This document shows, piece after piece, positions 1 through 15,000 of a stretch of DNA of 64,000 nucleotides (positions within the stretch are counted from its first letter, which is position 1; every line of letters begins with the position of its first letter). The DNA is taken from the NCBI RefSeq assembly GCF_032444005.1, contig NC_091283.1, forward strand, positions 191,704,001-191,768,000. Reading direction: 5' to 3'. The translations under genes and the position numbers were made by a program. The notes beneath the pieces were generated by a model. The model saw nothing but the letters and a program-made list of their open reading frames with translations. It was not told where the DNA came from and made no database searches. The stretch is from Ranitomeya imitator. Its lineage: Eukaryota.

Positions 1-799
1 TTAGTTCCCTTTTGTAGAAGGATACCTTTTTTTTTTCTTTTGCTGTTTTTGTAATGCTGAAGCAAATTCCGAATATGCAGATGTGAACTATCCAAATATG
101 GAACGTGCGGTTTTAAAGGCAAACCATGGACTTCTGCTTTTCAGCTCATTTGTGTAACTTGAATGTCTTGGTATTTTTTTTTTAACAAAGCAAGAGAAGA
201 AAGCAATTAATACAGATACATACAATGTAAGCGTGAATAATCGATTAAAAAAAAGTAGAGAAATAAGATGGGATGGCATTACCGATCGCCGTAAATAATC
301 TGTTCACTTTATTGTACGAGTTGTTACAATTACAAGTATAATAAATATACCGCTTGGGCCCCTGTGCCAGTACACAAGTTGTACAAATGGTATGTATGCC
401 CCAGCATTATGCCTGTAATGAAGAAGAATACAATTTAGAGCTTTAGGCAGAGAAAATTCTCCTCTACTTAGTAGTGCTTCCTGAAAAGCTAGAGGCTCTG
501 AGATTGAATCTTGTGGAAGAACCCAAGTCAAGAAAAGCAAATAATTTATTAATTAGATATAATGAGCAAAGACAGATGCCAGTGGCATCACCCACAATGT
601 CCTGAGCTGTCACAAGATAGGGGATCCATGCAGTATGCCTGTAATGAAGGAGAATACAATCTAGAGCATTTGCATATGAAAAAAAAATCTGGGAATGAGC
701 CAATAAATATAGTGCTTCCCAGCCTATTAATATCACCTCACAGCTGTCTGCTTTGTTTTTACTGGTTATTAAAAAAGGGAGGACCCCCTAAAAAAAGAT

Positions 800-2015
800 T
801 ATGTGGGTTTCCCTCTATTTTTAATAACCAGCAAAGGCTAAGCAGACAGCTGCAGGCTGATATTAATAGTCTGGAAAGGGCCATGGACATTGGCCCCTCC
901 CCAGCTTAATAAAACCAGTCCTCGGCCGCCACAGAAATGGCACATCTATTAGATGCACCAATTCTGACGCTTAGCCTCGGCTCTTCCCAATTGCGCTAGT
1001 GCGGCGGCAATTGGAATAATGTTTTTTGGGGTTGATGTCAGCTATGTAATGCCAGCTGGCATCAAGCCCAGGGGTTAATAATGGAGAGACACCTCCATTA
1101 CTCACCCCGTAGTCAGAAGAAATAAATACACACAGAAAAGTCTTTTCACTGTAAAAAGCACTCCCCAAGAATTACCCTCTTCTACCAAATTATTACCCCA
1201 AAAAAGTATTCCACAGAGGTCCGCTGTAGTCCATAATTGGAAGGTCTCATGGTGATCCCCGTCTTCTTTGTCCAGTCTATGGAGCTCCGTTCAGAGAACG
1301 CAGCTCCATAGACTGGAGCAGCAGCCACTGCCGGCTCTCACGCTGCGTAGTGCGAGAACCCGGCCTCTATGACGAGCCCTGACGTCATTAAAGTTATCGT
1401 TGTTCACAGCTGTTAGACTGTTGTTAACTTACTGAAGTCATCACTCGCAGCGTGATGACTTATTGCTGGTTCTCACCCTGTGCAGTGTGAGACCCGTCAG
1501 TGTCTGTAGCTCCAGTTTGTGGACCCGCGTTCTATGAATGGGGCTCCACAGACTGGACAAAGAAGACAGGTATCATTGTGGGACCTCCATTTGGATTACG
1601 GCGGACCCTGTTGATTTTTTTATGGTAATAAATAGGTGAAAGAAGGAATTTGTCAAGAGTGCTTTTTACAAATAAAGGAATTTTGTGTGTTTGTGATTCT
1701 ATGTTTTCACTAAGGGGTTAGTAATGGGGGGTCTCCATTACTAACCCTTGTGCTTGATGTCAGCAAACACTACACAACTCACATCAACCCCAAAACCATT
1801 ACCTCGATTGCCAATGCACCAGGGTAATCAGGAAGAGCCAAGGCTAAGCACCAGAATTGACGTATCTAATGGTAACACCACTTCTGTGGCGGCTGAGGGC
1901 TGGTCTTATTAGGCTGGGAAGGGGCCAATATCCATGAATCTTCCATCCTATTAATATCATTCTGCAGCTGTCTGCTTAACCTTTGCTTGTTAATAAAAAT
2001 AAGGAGAACCCCACG
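800..2015. mobile_element. Large foldback (palindromic) non-autonomous DNA element
   Basis: About 800-1100 is an inverted copy of about 1715-2015, and 1215-1330 is an inverted copy of 1510-1610. Related fragments lie near 10270-10560 and 50490-50760. Confidence 0.65.
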
Positions 2016-2087
2016 CAATATAAAAAAATGTATTGCTAAAAAGCTGCCGGATAATCTCCACAACGCTTATTAAATATCTGAAGCTAT

Positions 2088-2088
2088 C

Positions 2089-2144
<56 letters not shown>

Positions 2145-2183
2145 ATTCTATCTATCTATCTATCTCATATCTATCTATCTAAT

Positions 2184-2226
<43 letters not shown>

Positions 2227-2280
2227 CATATCTATCTAATATCTATGTATCTAATTATATCTATCTATCTATCTATCTTT
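2088..2280 (+). repeat. (TCTA)n / GATA microsatellite
   Basis: Visible tetranucleotide array. Confidence 0.95.
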
Positions 2281-2539
2281 CTTTCTATATCTGTATTTAA
2301 GACTGCTTTATTAAATAAGAAAGTTAGCTTTAAATGACAGATAATCATTGTATGTAAAATGTGATGTTAGAAATGCATGGCATACGGATTGAATACAGAT
2401 GTCATACGGATGCTAGTTGAGAAAAATTGCATTGCACACGCATGACACTCGCCCTACTTTTCTAGATCAACATTGGAGTGATTTTTTTACGCAGGTGAGA
2501 TCGAACCTTTAGGCAGAGAAAATCCTCTTCTGCTTAGCA

Positions 2540-2615
2540 GTGCTGTCTGTGGCTCACTGCTAAAGTTGCTGCCTACAAAGTTAGAGGCTCTGAGGTTGAT
2601 TCCTGGGGAAGAACA
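2540..2615 (+). mobile_element. Possible decayed tRNA-derived SINE head
   Basis: A-box-like TGGCTCACTGC and B-box-like GGTTGATTCC with tRNA spacing; a diverged duplicate of the surrounding segment lies at about 440-600. Confidence 0.3.
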
Positions 2616-3029
2616 TAATTCAAGAAAAGCAAATAAATTATTAACAAGATATAATGAGCAAAGGCAAATACCAGGGGGCCTCTCCCTCAACATCCCGAGC
2701 TGTCGGAGAAGAGGGCGCCCATGTTTCAAATTATCTGAGTTGGAGGAGGAAAGTAGAAGAAAATTAAGTAACATAGCACACGTGATAACGCCCTCGGATG
2801 GATGCAGGGATTTATAGATTTTTCGTTACTATTAGGAAAAATGCATTTTAATGTACACCTCCGCCTCCACTGCTTATTCTACTCTAAATACACATGACTA
2901 TTCCTGACACATATTTGGATGTGGAGGTTTGAGGCGATGTCGGTGCATAATGCGACATTTGCATATCTATTTACAGATAGTTTTGCCTAAGTCGCCGCCT
3001 TATGCTGTTTCCCTTCCTCCCCCCCGCAG

Positions 3030-3092
3030 AGTAAAGACATCAGTGCCCAGCAGCAGGAGGATCTGATGAAGCTGGTGTCTGAGCTGCAAGGG
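3030..3092 (+). CDS. ARHGAP4: ARHGAP4 exon ([21 protein letters not shown]), F-BAR
   Basis: ccccgcag|AGT...GGG|gtgagt; 63 nt, phase 0-0; matches srGAP F-BAR segment. Confidence 0.9.
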
Positions 3093-6000
3093 GTGAGTAT
3101 GGGGCGGAGGACAGAGGAGAAGTTTACTTCGAGTCATCATAACATAACGTCACATCTGGCGGAGACTCGAGTCATCCGTCATGTATTCATGTGATTCAGC
3201 GTGCTGGAATCTGGGTCTGTCAATGTAAAAGGCCATCCGGGTAATTACATAAACATGGCAGCTCTGTGAGCCCGGCACGACAGTGTGCAGAAGCCGCGGG
3301 CAATCCCAGCTCACGGTGTCCGCAGAGCTCACGCCTGAAAAGGGAGCGATCTTACAGCATTATACTATAATGTTATGGAAAATTAAGGCTGGTTTCAGAT
3401 TTGCGTTTTTTGCTGCTGCGTTTTAGCGCAAAAAAACGCACGCGTTTCTTTTCTATACTTAACATTAAAAACGCATGCATTTTTTTACATGCGTTTTGCC
3501 GCGTTTTGACGACGCATGCGTCGTTTCTATGCTTGCGTTTTGTTGCGGAAATGCAACATGTAGTATTTTCTAGAGGCTTTTTTTGCCGCAAAAAAAGCAA
3601 TGCGTTTTTAAGCACATGCGTTTGCTTGCGTTTTTAAACGCATGCATTTCAATAGAAAAACACAAGAATACACACTAATAAGCCAACCCCCAACCCTAAC
3701 CCTAAGGGGATCCTAACCCTAACCCTAGGGATCCTAACCCTAACCCTAGGGATCCTAACCCTAACCCTAACCCTAGGGATCCTAACCCTAACCCTAACCC
3801 TAGGGATCCTAACCCTAACCCTAGCTATTTCTGTTTATAGTGGGTTTTCTAGTTGATTTTGATGATTGGCAGCTGTCACACATTTCTCATCATGCGTTTC
3901 AAAAACGCAAACGCAGGAAAAAACGCGTCGAAACGCCGCATTTTTTTTACCACATGCAAAGACGCATGCATCTAAAAAACGCAGCGTTTGCACGCGTTTA
4001 CATGCGTTTTTTTCACCACCTGCGTTTGCGTTTAAAACGCTGCGTTTTTAAACGCAAATGTGAAACTAGCCTTATAAAATATGTTTCCCGTGCACGCTCA
4101 CATATTTTAAATATGGGGTTATGTCACCCTCGAAAGAGATTAATAGGTGGGTGACTTTCTAGATTAGAAAAACATGGCTGCTTTATCCGTTGTTTGCTCG
4201 AATTTACATTGCAGCTAAGTTCCACTGAAGTAAATGCAGCTGACCTGCAATGCCACACCCAACCAGTGGACAAGTGTGGCGCTGTTCCGGCAACTTTTTG
4301 CCACATCCCAATCCATACGCATTTACCATTTCTTTACCAAAAACGCAGATTTCAGCAGCGTTTTTAGACCTCAAGGGGAACAGTTTTCATGAAATCACAT
4401 CCACTTTGTTTGGACAGTTAGCCACATCAGAATTTCTGTACAAAAAAAAGCATCATTTAAAAAAGCAGCGTTTACCCTACATGTGAACACGGCCTAAATT
4501 TCCAAGCAACGTGGATGTGGTTCCATGAACTCTCCGGTCTCTAAAGACGCTGCTGAAATCTGCGGTTTGCTTCTTTCTTTCCTCTACAGTCTTCTATGTG
4601 AATTCTGAAAAAAAAAAAGCAAGGAAAAAAAATGCTGTTAAATTTTTAAGTGCAGAATCAGTGCTTTTCTGTAGTATTGAAAAAGCGTTAAAAGCTTCAC
4701 ATCGGCGCCAAAAAGGCATCAGATAAGAGAGAAAATGCTGAAAAGAAACAGAGAAAACACACAGAGAAGAGTATTATTGCGTTGTGTGGTGAAGACACCT
4801 GCAGAAAAAAAAAGTATTGGAAAAAACTCTGCTTTTACGTCATGTGTGAACACGGCCTCAGCATTTGTTATGGGTTTAATAGAGAAAAAAATATCAATCA
4901 CGTCATTTTTTTTTACACCATTTACTGATCCTCGTAAATAATCTGATCACTGTGTTGTGCGGATTGTTACGATTACAGAGACACCAAATATGTCCGTGTT
5001 ATTTGCCGATTTGTGAGGTTTAGTATTTATCCCCATCTTATCCCCATCCCTGTATGCATGGCTCCTTATCCCCATCCTTGTCTGCATGGCTCCTCATCCC
5101 CATCCTTGTATGCATGGCTCCTCATCCCCATCCTTGTCTGCATGGCTCCTTATCCCCATCCTTGTCTGCATGGCTCCTTATCCCCATCCTTGTCTGCATG
5201 GCTGTTATGATCTGGTGGTTTAGGAACAACATGAGACAAGCTCTGAAGGAGGTGGTATCTGTACTGACCGCAAACCCTGAACCTAGCAGCGCAACTAAAA
5301 ATAGCCGTGGGGGGTACCTGACGCTCCCTAGACCCCTCGGCACAGCCTAAGATCTAACTTCCCCTAAAGATGGAAACAGGAAACCTATCTTGCCTCAGAG
5401 AAAATCCCCAAAGGAAAGATAGCCCCCCACAAATATTGACGGTGAGAGGAGGGGAAAATAACATACACAGAAATGAAATCAGATTTTAGCATAGGAGGCC
5501 AGTCTAGCTTGATAGATAGGACAGGAAAGGATACTGTGCGGTCAGTATAAAAACTACAAAACAATCCACACAGAGTTTACAAAATCTCCACACCTGACTA
5601 AAGGTGTGGAGGGTAAATCTGCTTCCCAGAGCTTCCAGCTAACAGAAAAAATCCATACTGACAAACTGGACAAATATATAATGCACAGAACAATAACTCC
5701 ACAACATGTGGACTGAAATGAGCAAAGCCAGAACTTATCTTTGCAGAACTGGTCAGGAAACCAGGAGAATCCAAGCAGAGATGAATCCAGCCAGGAAACA
5801 TTGACAAGTGGCACAGGCTGAAGAAAGAGCCAGACTTAAATAGCAAACGATAAGTGGAGGCAGCTGATGACAGCTAACTCCAAGGAGCAGCCATACCACT
5901 AGAAACCACAAGAGGGAGCCCAAGAGCAGAACTCACAAAAGTGCCACTTACAACCACCGGAGGGAGCCCAAGAGCGGAATTCACAACACATGGCTCCTTA

Positions 6001-9000
6001 TCCCCATCCTTGTCTGCATGGCTCCTTATCCCCATCCTTGTCTGCATGGCTCCTTATCCCCATCCTTGTATGTATGGCTCCATATCCCCATCCTTGTCTG
6101 CATGGTGACTTATCCCCATCATTGTCTGCATGGCTCCTTATCCCCATCCTTGTATGCATGGCTCCTTATTCCCATCCTTGGTTGCATGGCTCCTTATCCC
6201 CGTCCTTGTATGCATGGGTCCTTATCCCCGTCCTTGTCTGCATGGCTCCTTATCCCCATCCTTGTCTGCATGGCTCCTTATCCCCATCCTTGTCTGCATG
6301 GCTCCTCATCCCCATCCTGATATGCAAGGCTCTTTATCCCCATCCTTCTCTGCATGGCTCCTCATCCCCATCCTTTTATGATTGGCCCCCCATCAAAAAA
6401 CATTTTTTAGAAAATAAACCATTATACTTACCTTCCTGCGCTCCCTTGCAGTGTCTTGTTTCGGTGCCAGCAGCTGCTTTATGCTTGTAAGCAGTGCATG
6501 GCAGGGACGTCATGCGCTGCTCGCAAGCAGAGCACAGCTGCCGGAATACTCACCGCTCCCCACTCCGGAACTATGTGCGTGGAGGGCTGGGAGTATTCAT
6601 TGCTATTAAGCAGCGTGCACAGTGTCAGCCGCTATGCAGTCACATGTGCCTCTACTTAAGAGAAATTAATATTCACCTCTCTCCACGCCCCTTGAGAGTG
6701 GAGAGAGGTGAATATTCATTTTTCTTAACTAGCGGCCATACGTGATTGCCCAGCAGTTGCAGGAAGCTGGCTGCTGCTGACGCTGTGCAGGCACAGGCTT
6801 TAGCTGCAGCAGCTGGCTGCTGCCACCTGTGACCCGCCGCTACCGCTCCCCCTCCATGTTCTGGACACCTCACTCGAGTATTAGCTGAGGGGGGCATTGT
6901 CAGCACAAAAGAAATGTGCTGAAAAACGAGGTTTATACTCGAGTATATACAGTAATCTATTTATGAGCAGAGATGCGACCCCGACGAGGAGAAGCTATGA
7001 TGGAGATGTCGGAGAGCAGAGAGGTGAGTATTAGAAGTTGGAACAAAGCCCAGTCGTGGTGGGGCTTAACCCTCTGATCTGGGATAGTCCTGTTGAATCC
7101 AGAACGGTTGGGAGCTATGCTTTATGGAGGACCTGTCATTACCCATAAATATTTTTTATATCTGGTGTAAATTATTCTTCCTTATTCCTTAATCCGGCAA
7201 TGTTTTCATTTTATTCCTGCACCTCTTTCTTCCTGAGATACGACCCCCTCTTCCCTGTATATATTTCTAGTCTTTTTTTTTTTTTTAGCCAAGTGGGTGT
7301 GCTTGTCAACTCTTTTCTGTGGCAACCCTTTTGATGACCACGCCCAGTTGGCTAAAATACTAGGTTTATATACAAGGAAGAAGATGTCATATATCAGGTA
7401 CAGAGAGGCACAGGAACATAAGAAAAACTTCACCGGATTCAGGAGAAAAGCGGCATTTACATCAGGTAAAAAAAATACATATTTATGGTAAGTGAAGGGT
7501 CCCCTTTTAGTATTTGGCTATGCTTTATTTCCTGAACACCTAATTTATAGTTTATACAGTGGGGCAAAAAAGTATTTAGTCAGTCAGCAATAGTGCAAGT
7601 TCCACCACTTAAAAAGATGAGAGGCGTCTGTAATTTACATCATAGGTAGACCTCAACTATGGGAGACAAACTGAGAAAAAAGAAATCCAGAAAATCACAT
7701 TGTCTGTTTTTTAACATTTTATTTGCATATTATGGTGGAAAATAAGTATTTGGTCAGAAACAAAATTTCATCTCAATACTGTGTAATATATCCTTTGTTG
7801 GCAATGACAGAGGTCAAACGTTTTCTGTAAGTCTTCACAAGGTTGCCACACACTGTTGTTGGTATGTTGGCCCATTCCTCCATGCAGATCTCCTCTAGAG
7901 CAGTGATGTTTTTGGCTTTTCGCTTGGCAACACGGACTTTCAACTCCCTCCAAAGGTTTTCTATAGGGTTGAGATCTGGAGACTGGCTAGGCCACTCCAG
8001 GACCTTGAAATGCTTCTTACGAAGCCACTCCTTCGTTGCCCTGGCGGTGTGCTTTGGATCATTGTCATGTTGAAAGACCCAGCCACGTTTCATCTTCAAT
8101 GCCCTTGCTGATGGAAGGAGGTTTGCACTCAAAATCTCATGATACATGGCCCCATTCATTCTTTCATGTACCCGGATCAGTCATCCTGGCCCCTTTGCAG
8201 AGAAACAGCCCCAAAGCATGATGTTTCCACCACCATGCTTTACAGTAGGTATGGTGTTTGATGGATGCAACTCAGTATTCTTTTTCCTCCAAACACGACA
8301 AGTTGTGTTTCTACCAAACAGTTCCAGTTTGGTTTCATCAGACCATAGGACATTCTCCCAAAACTCCTCTGGATCATCCAAATGCTCTCTAGCAAACTTC
8401 AGACGGGCCCGGACATGTACTGGATTAAGCAGTGGGACACGTCTGGCACTGCAGGATCTGAGTCCATGGTGGCGTAGTGTGTTACTTATGGTAGGCCTTG
8501 TTACATTGGTCCCAGCTCTCTGCAGTTCATTCACTAGGTCCCCCCGCGTGGTTCTGGGATTTTTGCTCACCGTTCTTGTGATCATTCTGACCCCACGGGG
8601 TGGGATTTTGCGTGGAGCCCCAGATCGAGGGAGATTATCAGTGGTCTTGTATGTCTTCCATTTTCTAATTATTGCTCCCACTGTTGATTTCTTCACTCCA
8701 AGCTGGTTGGCTATTGCAGATTCAGTCTTCCCAGCCTGGTGCAGGGCTACAATTTTGTTTCTGGTGTCCTTTGACAGCTCTTTGGTCTTCACCATAGTGG
8801 AGTTTGGAGTCAGACTGTTTGAGGGTGTGCACAGGTGTCTTTTTATACTGATAACAAGTTTAAACAGGTGCCATTACTACAGGTAATGAGTGGAGGAAAG
8901 AGGAGACTCTTAAAGAAGAAGTTACAGGTCCGTGAGAGCCAGAAATCTTGATTGTTTGTTTCTGACCAAATACTTATTTTCCACCATAATATGCAAAAAA

Positions 9001-12000
9001 ATGATAAAAAAACAGACAATGTGATTTTCTGGATTTTTTTTTCTCAGTTTGTCTCCCATAGTTGAGGTCTACCTATGATGTAAATTACAGACGCCTCTCA
9101 TCTTTTTAAGTGGTGGAACTTGCACTATTGCTAACTGACTAAATACTTTTTTGCCCCACTGTATGTGGGATATCACAAAGCAAACAAATTACTTCTCCTC
9201 AAATGATTAATTGTATTTTTATACTTGTGAAAAGAGGAAGTCAGACTTCTAGGTTAGTTCTCTTCATATATGGACTACTAGAATGTATAAAGGGGAATTT
9301 GGGCTGTAAGAAGTTATCAACTATCCAAAGATCAACTGAACCCTCTCCCAATTACCAGAAGAGAGATGACTTGTATCCCCCTTTTTGGAATGGAGACATT
9401 CAAGCCTGCTGCCACCCCATTGAAAATGCATGGGACTTACGGAAGGACCTTATTTCTTACAGTCCTATAGAGATTGATGGAAGTGGCAGCGCACATCACA
9501 TGCGCGACCACATCACATGCGCGACCACATCACATGCGCGACCACATCACATGCGCGACCATATCACATGCGTAACCACATCACATGCGCGACCACCTCT
9601 CTGCTCAAATATGGGGCACTAGTCCTTCATTTTTTTATAGGAATACCCGTTTAAATACATGCAAATAGAAAACTGTTAATTGCCTGCATCTATTTCGGAT
9701 CTTTAGGCCTCAAAACCAAAAATAAGATTGTATTTACCAGTAAAACTTTATTTTTTTTGTATAATTAGTAACAACTTATCTTGGACTTTTTTTCTGAGTT
9801 ACAGTCTGTATCATACTTCATAGCTGTATTAACTCTAGAGTTGAAATCTCCCAGCATTCCCTGCTGGTTCAGTGATTGCAGAGCGCCTGTTCTGGTGATT
9901 TGCATTCAGTAATCTACCGTATCACACAAACCGGCGCCTGGAAATCAGCGGTACAGTTCTCGCTGTTCCCTGGGCCTGGTGCTGAAGACAACTCATATCA
10001 CTGTCCCCTGCTTGCCCTGCGATCAGTACTATCATGGGAAAATGTTGAGCATTGTATTCAACTGTTAACAGTGAGAGCAGACGGCGACTGATGGGACTGC
10101 TACTCCCATCAACCTACACCTGCTGCTGCTAATAATAGCGAGAGCAGGAGGCGACTGATGGGACTACTACTCCCATCAGCCTACACCTGATGCCGCTAAT
10201 AACAGCAAGAGCAGGAGACGACTGATGGGAGTATTCATCTGCCTGTACTATAAATAAATAATAAAAATGATGTGGGTTCCTCTGTATTTTTGATAACGAG
10301 ACAGGCAAAACTGACAGCTGTGAGCTGCAACCCTCAGCTGTCAGCATTAGCAAGGCTGGTTATCAAAAGTAGAGTGGTCCCCACACTGTATTTCTTAATT
10401 ATTTAAATAAGTAATTTAAAAAAAACGGCATGGTATTCTCAGTGGTAAGGGGCCATGGATATAGACCCACAGCCTGAAAAGAGCAGCCTGCAGCCTCCCT
10501 AGAAAAGGCACATCTATTAGATAGCGGTGGCAAGTGGGGTTCATATTTGTGGGGTTGGTGTAACCTTTGTATTGTCTATCTTTTTTTAATTTATTTATAG
10601 CTCATGCGGCGTCTGATGAATACTCCCATCAGCTGCCTCCTGCTCTTGCTGTTATCAGTTGAATACAACTCTCAACATTCTCCCCTGCTACTGCTGATCA
10701 CAGCGCCAGCACCCGTGCCAGGGATCAGCGCTAACAATACCGCTGTTCCCAGGCACCGGAACATGTCACACTAATGACACACGGATGTCATCAGTGTGCA
10801 TGTATGCAGGATGTGTTGCAGCTCGTGCCTCTGTTAAAAAACGGACATGTCATCGTGTTTTGCCCATGGACACACGGTCCATGGAAACACACTGACATGT
10901 GCACAGAACCATTCATTTGAATGGGTCTATGTGTGTCAGTGTCTCCAGTACGTGTGAAAACTGTCACCGCACATACTGAACACACTGACGTGTGAAATAG
11001 GCCTAAAGAAGGAAGCAAAAATTATCTGATCCCGAGCATGAAAATGACGACTTTAGCAATTTCAGCTTTTTGGTGTTATTGTTTATTTGAAAGAGTTTTT
11101 CATGGTAAAAGCATTAACCATGAGAACAGTGCCACTGCCATGGGCTATGAAATTGACCACCACAGTGCGCTCATAACAGTGCCAGCCATGACATGCCCAT
11201 AACTCTGCCGGTCACACCATTACAATAACTGTGACAACAGACAAAACTCGCTTGTGCTGCCCCTGACAAACTCATCTGGGCTACATCTACACTGCTCAAA
11301 AAAATAAAGGGAACACTAAAATCCCACATCCTAGATATCACTGAATAAATATCCCAGTTGTAAATCTTTGTTCATTACATAGTGGAATGTTGAGAACAAT
11401 AAAACCTAAAAATTATCAACGTTAATCACAACTAATATCCCACTGAGGTCTGGAGTTGGAATGATGCTCAAAATCAAAAAAGTGGAAAATGAAGTTACAG
11501 GCTGATCCAACTTCAGTGGAAATGCCTCAAGACAAGGAAATGATGCTCAGTAGTGTGTGTGGCCTCTGCGTGCCTGTATGATCTCCCTACAATGCCTGGG
11601 CATGCTACTGATGAGGCGGCGGATGGTCTCATGAGGGAACTCCTCCCAGACCTGGACTAAAGCATCCACCAACTCCTGGACAGTCTGTGGTGCAACATGA
11701 CGTTGGTGGATGGTGCGAGACATGATTTCCCAGATGTGTTCAATCGGATTTAGGTCTGAGGAATGGGTGGGCCAGTCCATAGCTTCAATGCCTTCATCTT
11801 GCAGGAACTGCTGACACACTCCAGCCACATGAGGTCTGGCATTGTCCTGCATTAGGAGGATCCCAGGGCCAACCGCACCAGCATATGGTCTCACAAGGGG
11901 TCTGAGGATCTCATCTCGGTACCTAATGGCAGTCAGGCTACCTCTGGCGAGCACATGGAGGGCTGTGCGACCCTCCAAAGAAATGCCACCCCACACCATT

Positions 12001-15000
12001 ACTGACCCACTGCTAAACTAGTAATGCTGAAGGATGTTGCAGGCAGCAGATCACTCTCCACGGCGTCTCCAGTCATGTCTGTCACATGTGTTCAGTGTGA
12101 ACCTGCTTTCATCTGTGAAGAGCACAGGGCGCCAGTGGCAAATTTGCCAATCCTGGTGTTCTGTGGCAAAGGCCAAGCGTCCTGCACGGTGTTGGGCTGT
12201 GAGCACAACCCCCATCTGTGGACATCGGGTACTCAGACCATCCTCATGGAGTCGGTTTTTAACCGATTGTGCAGACACATGCACATTTGTGGCCTGCTGG
12301 AGATCATTTTGCAGGGCTCTGGCAGTGATCCTCCTGTTCCTCCTTGCACAAAGGCTGAGGTAGCAGTCCTGCTGCTGGGTTGTTGCCCTCCTACGACCCC
12401 CTCCACGTCTCCTGGTGTACTGGCCTGTCTCCTGGTAGCGCCTCCAGCCTCTGGACACTACACTGACAGACACAGCAAACCTTCTTGCCACAGCTCGCAT
12501 TGATGTGTCATCCTGGATGAGCTGCACTACCTGAGCCACTTGTGTGGGTTGTAGAGTCCGTCTCATGCTACCACGAGTGTGAAAGCACAACCAACATTCA
12601 AAAGTGACCAAAACATCAGCCAGAAAGCATTGGTACTGAGATGTGGTCTGTGGTCCCCACCTGCAGAACCACTCCTTTATTGAGGGTGTCTTGATAATTG
12701 CCAATAATTTCCATCTGTTGTCTATTCCATTTGCACACCAGCATGTGAAATTGATTGTCAAACAGTGTTGCTTCCTAAGTGGACAGTTTGATTTCACAGA
12801 CGTTTGATTTACTTGGAGTTATGTTCTGTTGTTTAAGTGTTCCCTTTATTTGTTTGAGCAGTGTATATACACCGTGCCTGTTTCACCAATGAACAGAAGT
12901 GCAATCATTTTATTTTGCTTTCAGGAAAGTGCTGGTGGTGAATCTGTCAGCAGGCTGTTACCATCTAATCTGAGAACAGCATAATGTAAAGACGGAGACC
13001 CTGATTCCAGCGATGTGCCACTTATTGGGATGCTTTTTTTGTAGTTTTTACAAAATCACAGTTTTAGTGACAGGAGATTATCACTAGAAGGCTAGTATTC
13101 CTGCTGCCAGGCAGTCCAACCACTGATTGGCAGCTTTCTGCATATGCACAGTGTATATAGAAAGGAGTCAATCAGAGGTGTGGTGTGGTTGCAGGAGCTC
13201 CGGTGTTGGTGAGGCGGTAGCTTCGGTAGTGATGAGGAGGCAGCGGGGTCAGTGCAGGCTGTAGGCTTTCCTGAAGAGATGGGTTTTCAGGTTACGTCTG
13301 AAGGATCCGAATGTGGTTGACAGATTCCCTTTAAGTTATCTTGAAAACTGATGGGCGGTAATGTTCTTGGGTGGAGTTGTCCTTTCGTTACACTTTAGTT
13401 ATGGGTGTTCCCGTGAGGCTGTAGTTTTCTTGTCTTCTGGTGACATAATATCAGTACAGTTTGGACCTATATCGCACTATGTTATATTCTTGCTTTTTTG
13501 TTTATGTATGACCTGAATCTTTATCTTCTTAATAAATAGCGCCATACAAGGCAAAGATAAAATACCATACTGTACCTAAGTAACAATGCCATACATTGTC
13601 TTATACAGCACCACAGTCCAGAGATAATATACCATACTGTGCCTAAACAGCAGTGTCATATATTGCCTAAATAGCACCATACAGTGCAAGGATAAAATGC
13701 CGTACTGTGTCTACGTAACAGTCATACATTGCCTAAATAATTAGCACCATACAATGCAAAGATAATATACCGTAGTGTATTTAAGTAAAAGTGCCGAACA
13801 TTGCCTTATATAGCACCATACAGTGCAGAGATAATATACAGTAGTGTACATTGCCTTAAATAGCTCCATACAGTGCCTAAATAGCAGTGTCATACATTAC
13901 CTAAATAATACCATACAGTGCAAGGATAAAATACCGTACTGTGCCTACATAGCAGTGTCATACATTACCTAAATAATATCATACAGTGCAAGGATAAAAT
14001 ACCGTACTGTGCCTAAATAGCAGTGACATACATTGCCTAAATAAATAATACCATACAATGCAAAGATTATATACCGTACCGTGCCTAAGTCTCAGTGTCA
14101 CATAATGTCCAAATAAATTGTACCATACAGTGCAAAGAAAATATACTGTATTGTACCTAAGGAGCAGTGTAACGTAATATCCAAATAAACAGCACCATAC
14201 GAGGATAGTTTACCGTACTGTGCCTAAGTAACAGTGTCATACATTGCCTAAATAGTACCATACAGTGCAGATGTAATATACCGTACTGTGCCTAAATAGC
14301 AGTGCCATACATTGCCTTAGATAGCACCATACTGTGCACAGATAATATCATGTACTGTGCCTAAGTAACAGTGTCATAGATTGCCTAAATAAATAATACC
14401 ATGCAATGCAAAGATAATATACCGTACGCTGCTTTAGATAGCACCATACAGTGCAGATAATATACCGTACTGCGCCTCAGTACCACTGCCATACGTTGCC
14501 TAAATAGAGGTGCACATACCGATGATTTGTGCAGATTTCCCTCAATCCAGCTATTATCTCGGTGAAACATGACTTCTCTTCTCGCTGACAGGCCATGAAG
14601 ACGTACCAGCTGTACCACAACGACTGTCTAAACTCGGAGCACAAACTGCGGGAGGCAGAGAAGCAGGACGAGAAGCGCACGGGCAAAGTGAGCGAGCAGA
14701 CGCTGAGCTCACCGGTGGCTGAAAGAGGGCCGAGACGAAGCTCGCTGAAAAAGAGCGAGAGGCTTGTTGAGAAGGTAAGGAGGGTCTTGGTGCAAAAATA
14801 TGTATCGCGGCTTCGGCCACTGACTTATAGAAGTGCTGTCCTGTTATGTTGCGGTGGGACCAGTGGTCTTGTACTGCTGGCCATTTACATGAGTTAGCTA
14901 GCCAATATGCTACAATATATCTATTGGTTTTTTTTTAGAGGTTGAAGAAATACCTGGAGAATAGTCAAAAATGCACCAAGGCCCGAAATGAATATCTCAT

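Noticed and set aside
3685-3830. True telomere or chromosome-fusion scar
   Set aside because: Short, interrupted and enclosed within MITE inverted arms in an intron
5990-6490. Repetitive ORFs ([12 protein letters not shown]...) and similar ORFs at 17952-18470, 24036-24608, 47660-47905 and 55814-56245
   Set aside because: Translation artefacts of minisatellites; no domain content
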